DNA of 64,000 bases from a virus, in IMG/VR virus record IMGVR_UViG_3300024312_000003, positions 116,491 to 180,490 of that record, one strand, 5' to 3'. How positions within the stretch are numbered: the stretch's first letter is position 1; every line of letters starts with the position of its first letter. A program made the translations under genes and the position numbers. The notes under the pieces are model-generated. The model worked only from the letters and a program-made list of their open reading frames with translations, was not told the origin of the DNA and ran no database searches. Positions 58,577 through 64,000 of the stretch are shown in pieces.

Positions 58577-59188
58577 TCAGTTCTCACTTATGCCAAACAG
58601 GATGTGTACTGTCATGGCAAAATCATTGAATCCGCCTTCTTGGGATAACCATTTCTGAGTTATCTCAACAATGCTTGGTCTATAGTCTGGGTTTTTATTT
58701 CCAGAATATTGGAACAACTTAGAAGCGTTAGGTCCATGTGTTATTTTAGAAGAATTATCTTCCTCTGGACCAACTAAAACATTCCAAGTCGAAAGAGGAA
58801 TATCTCTCTTACCGGTGAGTATGAACTTGAATGTATCTTCTAAGAATCTTTGATGAATGTCACCAAAAGAAGGGGATTGAAATTGTGCAAGGTACCATGT
58901 ATGAAAATTGATAGATCCAAAAGCAAACAATGCTGCTTTTAGAAATCTTTCTCTTCTTTCGAAAGAACCAGATCCATGCATTTGGATTTCTTTAAAGATA
59001 CCATCAACCATCAGGTTGGCTGTTATCTTTTCAGATCTGCCTTGACTGAATAAAGATAAATCTACAGTTAATCGAGTATTAGGTCTAGCGTTATCGGTTT
59101 TCACAATTGTGGTGCTTTGTAGACCACCTAGAAAACCTCTTGGATGAACCTTAAAGCCTCGATCAAGACTGGTCGAGAGCTTACCCAT
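58577..59188 (-). CDS. phiKZ-like conserved protein
   Basis: Synteny in head module. Confidence 0.6.
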   Translation of the reverse strand: MGKLSTSLDRGFKVHPRGFLGGLQSTTIVKTDNARPNTRLTVDLSLFSQGRSEKITANLMVDGIFKEIQMHGSGSFERRERFLKAALFAFGSINFHTWYLAQFQSPSFGDIHQRFLEDTFKFILTGKRDIPLSTWNVLVGPEEDNSSKITHGPNASKLFQYSGNKNPDYRPSIVEITQKWLSQEGGFNDFAMTVHILFGISEN

Positions 59189-60098
59189 AGTTCTTCTCCA
59201 TTTCGTTTATATCGTACTGCTTCTTTTGAACAAGCTTTTCATAGTACTGAATTTCCTGTTCGAGCTTAGGATTTTCCTTACCAGCTTTTTCTTGCTGAAG
59301 CTTTAGAATACGAAGGCGAAGAACTTGGACTTCATCCTTTGCTGCCTGATATCGCGCAACCTGCCATTCAGCGATTGACATGCGAATGAAATAGATAGGA
59401 TTCATCCAATGGCCAGAAAAACCCAGCTTAAAAGGATCAATCTTATTAATGCCAACGGTGGCGGTTAAAGTCTTATTTGAAGATTCTGTTACTTGCGCTT
59501 CAGGTATATCGTTTATCTTTTTAGTCAGCTCATCCTTTTTCATGATGGCTGTCTTGAACGCATAACAGAAGTTTTGAAAGTCCTTCTCTAAAGATTCACG
59601 GTCAGGCTTAGATATAGCCAACAGCGCTTCTTCAGGATCTGCTTGATATTGACTCGATTCAGTTACAAACACAAAGTGTAGGAACTTACGAGCCATACGG
59701 TTAACATAGTGAATGTTGTCCGTAAATTGAATGATGTTAGCTTGTTTGTAATTGATTCCGGATGCGGCGACAGAAGTGCCGATGTAATCAGTTACTAGCT
59801 TCTCACAGAAATCAAGATTATCAATGATCGTCTTGATATTCTTACTGATGTAGACGATGGCGTTGTCTGAACCCGTACCGACGGTACTGCGGAACATTTC
59901 CATCTTCTTAGTTACTTCTTTATGCTTGAAGTTGGTTCTTCCAAGCAGTTTAGCGGCTTCGTCATAAATGTCTTGAAGCTCACTGATTTCACCACGAGTA
60001 ATCCGGATATCTTCCAGAATACGATCTCTGCCAAAAGAAGGCAGCATCTTTGATACAAATTTGATGATGTCCATTTTATTAACAGGCCCAGCGCTCAC
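59181..60098 (-). CDS. phiKZ-like head protein (gp90-like by synteny)
   Basis: NPIY.IRM.IAEWQ..RY...K, L..Q...GK.NPKLE..I. Confidence 0.65.
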   Translation of the reverse strand: MSAGPVNKMDIIKFVSKMLPSFGRDRILEDIRITRGEISELQDIYDEAAKLLGRTNFKHKEVTKKMEMFRSTVGTGSDNAIVYISKNIKTIIDNLDFCEKLVTDYIGTSVAASGINYKQANIIQFTDNIHYVNRMARKFLHFVFVTESSQYQADPEEALLAISKPDRESLEKDFQNFCYAFKTAIMKKDELTKKINDIPEAQVTESSNKTLTATVGINKIDPFKLGFSGHWMNPIYFIRMSIAEWQVARYQAAKDEVQVLRLRILKLQQEKAGKENPKLEQEIQYYEKLVQKKQYDINEMEKNYG

Positions 60099-60120
60099 GC
60101 CAGGCCAGTCCTTTTAGTTG

Positions 60121-61230
60121 TTAGAGAGCCAGGGACTTGCCTTCACGGAAGGCATTGAGAATCGCCATGATGTCGGTGCCGCCATCTTTACCAGAAGATT
60201 TAAGTTCACGAGCACCAACTGTTGTTGCTTCAGGAATACCACGGAAGTAGAACGTTACTCTATCCCATTCTTGGTCAACAACAGCCAATATCATCAGATA
60301 CGTTTCTTCAAACAGTTTCTGACGTATTTGATACTTATTGAGCGAACCCATTAAAGCATCTTCCATCTTTCTGGCTGTAGCTGTAGAAACAACGCACAGA
60401 TTAGACGCACTACCAACAGAAGGTTGACCGCTCAAAATAGAAGCAACGGCATTCTTTGTTCTGCGAGCAAGTATGTGCTGATAAACACCAGACTTGTCTT
60501 GTACCAAGTTCTTCTTATGTGCGTCAATCAAATCCTGACAGAGGATAAGGTCTCGAACAAATTCAAGACGACCGGATCTCCATCCGTGCCATCTCTCCAT
60601 GAAAGAAGTATCTTTTCTACTGGCGGAGGTAAGAATATGAGCCAGGTTCTCTGAAGGAATCGTGTTAGCCATCAATCTGATTGAGATTGGAATGCTGGCT
60701 TTTCTCTCACCCTCTTGGAACTCAACATTTACAATTTTACCAACAGCCAGATTGGCTGCTTCCGTAATTGTTTTAGCCGGATCCTTAATGGACGAATAAG
60801 TTGATTTCTTATCGGGATCAATTATATACTTGGCGTCTTCAATTGCTTCCATTGCAAAGCTAGGAAGTTTGAAACTATATGAGGCGCTTTCAGCACCAAT
60901 TCCAAATCTTGTCAGGTCACCGACTGGTAGTTCATCCACACCGATGCGGTTTGGATTGAGTTTATCCAAATGACCGACAACATTGATTGATCCTATGTTG
61001 ATAGATAAGCTAAAAGCTTGCAAATAGTAAGCTGTGAACATCGATAGCAGTGTCTGCATCGTGTCCGGCAAAATAGGAGAATATAAAACCTCCGAGTCAA
61101 TCAGAGTAATTGGCTCAACTCTAGCAGGCTTAGTGTATGAAATATACGAATCAGCTGCGCGTTCTGACTGGAGTCTATTAATAACTTTGGACAAACTAGT
61201 TAGTCCAGCTTCAACGGTCGTGTCTAGCAT
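60121..61230 (-). CDS. phiKZ-like head protein (gp89-like by synteny)
   Basis: S...YTKPARVEP.T, DL..CQDLI. Confidence 0.65.
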   Translation of the reverse strand: MLDTTVEAGLTSLSKVINRLQSERAADSYISYTKPARVEPITLIDSEVLYSPILPDTMQTLLSMFTAYYLQAFSLSINIGSINVVGHLDKLNPNRIGVDELPVGDLTRFGIGAESASYSFKLPSFAMEAIEDAKYIIDPDKKSTYSSIKDPAKTITEAANLAVGKIVNVEFQEGERKASIPISIRLMANTIPSENLAHILTSASRKDTSFMERWHGWRSGRLEFVRDLILCQDLIDAHKKNLVQDKSGVYQHILARRTKNAVASILSGQPSVGSASNLCVVSTATARKMEDALMGSLNKYQIRQKLFEETYLMILAVVDQEWDRVTFYFRGIPEATTVGARELKSSGKDGGTDIMAILNAFREGKSLAL

Positions 61231-61259
61231 TTTCTATTCCTTTTCCAGGATTCTTAATT

Positions 61260-62372
61260 ATGTCATTATTACAATATTCAGATCTACTGTCAGGTGATCC
61301 GTCCAACGAAAAAATAAAAGATGTGGTTGATCGAGTTTTCTCGAATACATCTACAGGTTCAATTTCATCCGCAATTACAGATACCATCATTGGTCTAAAC
61401 CACAGACAGCAGCCTAACTCTGTTCAAATTAATAGAGATTATTACGGTCTTACTTTTTTCACAAGACCCAGAATGAACATGAGTAGTGATAACTTGAGAC
61501 AAGTAAGAGAGTTTTCTCCATTACTTACCACTGTGGATAAATCACTACCCAGAGCAATTAGAGCCATTCTTGACACTGAATGTCGCAACACCGAATTACA
61601 TAAATTTGATCACGGTTGTTCGCTTGTGGACGATAACCAATCATTCATACCGATATTGACAAATCAATTGATTAGTATGTCTGGTTGGCCCGATATCGAT
61701 GTTCCGACATACACGTCAAAACCAGGAGCATACAAAGAGGAATACGGTCACGTAGACGGTATTACCCGGATATACTCTTCATACGATATCACTGCTAATT
61801 TCAGAAATCTAAGCGGAGATCCAATAATACCATTGTTTTTGACATGGGTGCATTATGCATCTTTAGCATTTACTGGAATATTGGTTCCATACTACGATTC
61901 CTTAATTGAAAATGAAATAGATTCAGTTACCAGAATTTATAGACTGGTATTGGACCCCAGTAAGAAGTATGTTCAAAAGATAGCGGCTTGCGGCTATGGT
62001 TTCCCTGTGAACTGTCCTATAGGAAACGTATTCAATTTCGAAAGTGGTGAGCCTTTAAACAGAGCCAATGATCAAATTACAATTAGATTCAGATGTTTTG
62101 GAGCCATCTATAATGATCCGATTCTAATTGACGAATTCAATAAAACAGTACAAATAACTAATTCAGACATGTCTGATGGTTTTCGAGAGAAGACTCATGT
62201 TAAACTAAATGCTGATACTGCTGTTCTGTTTAATCATCAAGGCTACCCTCGAATTCACCCTGATACCTGGGAATTAGAATGGTGGGTTAGAAAAGAAAAA
62301 TATCAACAACTATTAGGAAGTTCTACTTCCGCAGAATCTGATGATTCAGATTACTTTGTTATCAAGGATTAA
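61260..62372 (+). CDS. phiKZ-like baseplate/tail protein (gp88-like by synteny)
   Basis: GLTFFTRP..N, SGWPD, F.N..GDP. Confidence 0.65.
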   Translation: MSLLQYSDLLSGDPSNEKIKDVVDRVFSNTSTGSISSAITDTIIGLNHRQQPNSVQINRDYYGLTFFTRPRMNMSSDNLRQVREFSPLLTTVDKSLPRAIRAILDTECRNTELHKFDHGCSLVDDNQSFIPILTNQLISMSGWPDIDVPTYTSKPGAYKEEYGHVDGITRIYSSYDITANFRNLSGDPIIPLFLTWVHYASLAFTGILVPYYDSLIENEIDSVTRIYRLVLDPSKKYVQKIAACGYGFPVNCPIGNVFNFESGEPLNRANDQITIRFRCFGAIYNDPILIDEFNKTVQITNSDMSDGFREKTHVKLNADTAVLFNHQGYPRIHPDTWELEWWVRKEKYQQLLGSSTSAESDDSDYFVIKD

Positions 62373-62374
62373 AA

Positions 62375-64000
62375 ATGACAACCAGTGTTCAGAAGTTATC
62401 TTCGGAAGTAATAAAGTACAAGAACGATCCAGCGGCAATACAAAGAGCAGTTTCTAACATGCTTGTTGAATTGACAAACGGAACGATAGATATTGTTGAT
62501 CCTAGTAATCCTTTTGTTTTCTGTCTTGAATCTTCAGCTATTTTAACAGCAAGTTTCATGTCTGAAAACGAAATTCAGAATAGAAAACAGTATCCTCTTT
62601 CAGCACAAACATCCGAAGATCTTTATCCACACATGAGTGATAAAGATTTTGCAGATATATTTGCGCTGCCTACCTCCGGTAAGTTTGTTTTCTTAATTGA
62701 AAAAAATGAACTAATTAATAAACTGGTGACTGATCCCGATACTGGAGTTAGGAAGATTGTTATTCCTAGAAATACAACAATCACTGTATCTGGTACAAAA
62801 TTCTCGCTGCAGTATCCTGTTGAAATTCGGCAGATGACTCACGGCGGTATTCAAATCGTCTACGATGGATCACAAGCATCACCACTGCATGTTCTTACCA
62901 GTAATTTGATTGACTGGATACCCATTGCATCGGACGACGGTACTGAATACATTGGTTTTCAGTTAGAGATGCATCAATTTGACATCATAACCAGAACAGC
63001 ACCAATTACTCAGGCTTCGGCTTTTGTTCTCAACGTAGACATTACCGATTACTATTACTACACGCGGGTGTGGATTAATAATGGTGATGGGACGTATACT
63101 GAGATCAAGACGACTCACACTGACGACATCTATGATCCAAGAACTGTTACTGCTGTCTTAAAAGTAACTGATAAAAGAGTAACCATTAAGATTCCTCAAG
63201 TCTACATTAACACCGGGCTTGTTAGTAAGACTATTCGAGTTGATGTTTACCAAACTAAAGGCGCCATCAACATGAATCTTGGTAATTACTTGAATACTCA
63301 ATATCAAGTTGACTTTATTGCACTGAATAAATCTGAAGAGAATGCCTTTGTAGCGCCTCTTAAGAGTTTAAGAAACATTCAAGCAACTTCTAACTCGATA
63401 GTTCAAGGCGGTAAAGCCGAGATGTCTTTTGAAGAGTTAAGACAGAGAGTTGTCAAAAATGCGATTGGTTCTCCAGACTTACCGATTACTCCTGTTCAAA
63501 TTGAATCGGCACTGCAAAGACGAGGCTATAAAGTTGTCAAAAACATAGACAACATAACGAACAGAATTTTCCTAGCGACAAGAGGAATGCCTGCACCTGC
63601 TGAATCCGATTTATTAACAGCAGCGAACTCAGGAATAGCTACTCTTTCCATAACAGCTAAAAAAGCAATAACGTACGATACGATTGTTGATAACATAACA
63701 ACAATCACCATAACTCCGGATACAATATTCAAATTAAAATCCGGAATATTGGATATCGTTCCTCAGTCTGAAATAGACGTTATTAAGAGCCTTCCAGTTG
63801 ATCAACAAGCTACAGTTATCACGAGTGGAAACTATCTATACACGCCCTTTCACTATGTAATGGATTTCTCAAATAACGAATTTGATCTTCGCGCCTATTA
63901 TCTTGATAATCCGGAGATTGTTAATAGATCATTCGTTTCTGAGAACGACACAACTTTATTGCAAGTGGGAACTGGCTCTAGCACAATAAGCAGGAATCCG
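62375..64000 (+). CDS. phiKZ-like baseplate wedge protein (gp87-like), partial
   Basis: Manual translation MTTSVQKLSSEVIKYKNDPAAIQRAV...IVDPSNPFVFCLESSA; open to the window end and absent from the ORF track. Confidence 0.75.
   Translation, partial: MTTSVQKLSSEVIKYKNDPAAIQRAVSNMLVELTNGTIDIVDPSNPFVFCLESSAILTASFMSENEIQNRKQYPLSAQTSEDLYPHMSDKDFADIFALPTSGKFVFLIEKNELINKLVTDPDTGVRKIVIPRNTTITVSGTKFSLQYPVEIRQMTHGGIQIVYDGSQASPLHVLTSNLIDWIPIASDDGTEYIGFQLEMHQFDIITRTAPITQASAFVLNVDITDYYYYTRVWINNGDGTYTEIKTTHTDDIYDPRTVTAVLKVTDKRVTIKIPQVYINTGLVSKTIRVDVYQTKGAINMNLGNYLNTQYQVDFIALNKSEENAFVAPLKSLRNIQATSNSIVQGGKAEMSFEELRQRVVKNAIGSPDLPITPVQIESALQRRGYKVVKNIDNITNRIFLATRGMPAPAESDLLTAANSGIATLSITAKKAITYDTIVDNITTITITPDTIFKLKSGILDIVPQSEIDVIKSLPVDQQATVITSGNYLYTPFHYVMDFSNNEFDLRAYYLDNPEIVNRSFVSENDTTLLQVGTGSSTISRNP

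Overview
This is an AT-rich, gene-dense segment of a jumbo bacteriophage genome of the phiKZ-related type. The assignment rests on the phiKZ-like virion module at 47.5-64 kb and the phiKZ-style nrdAB, thyA, tmk and SF2 helicase genes. Most genes are on the minus strand. Left arm (1-21.7 kb): accessory genes with a translation toolkit. It holds a circularly permuted (two-piece) tmRNA gene, tRNA-Pro, -Gly, -Tyr and -Ile2(CAU), TilS and cyclophilin. It also holds two HNH endonucleases that each end right at the 3' piece of a tRNA-like RNA, a split tRNA enclosing another tRNA plus an HNH gene, a ~520-nt ORF-free structured region, and a TAXI/PspA/SPFH-like membrane module. Middle (21.7-40.7 kb): a tail-fibre and collagen paralogue cassette, then nucleotide metabolism genes, with thyA split by a group I intron whose predicted terminal base is A instead of G. 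Then (40.9-47.4 kb): putative early genes, including a small-membrane-protein paralogue cluster and a stand-alone CapW/BrxR-type winged-helix protein. Right arm: head and baseplate structural genes. The tmRNA tag and cyclophilin suggest a beta- or gamma-proteobacterial host (inference). All family assignments come from motif recognition by eye; no database searches were run.
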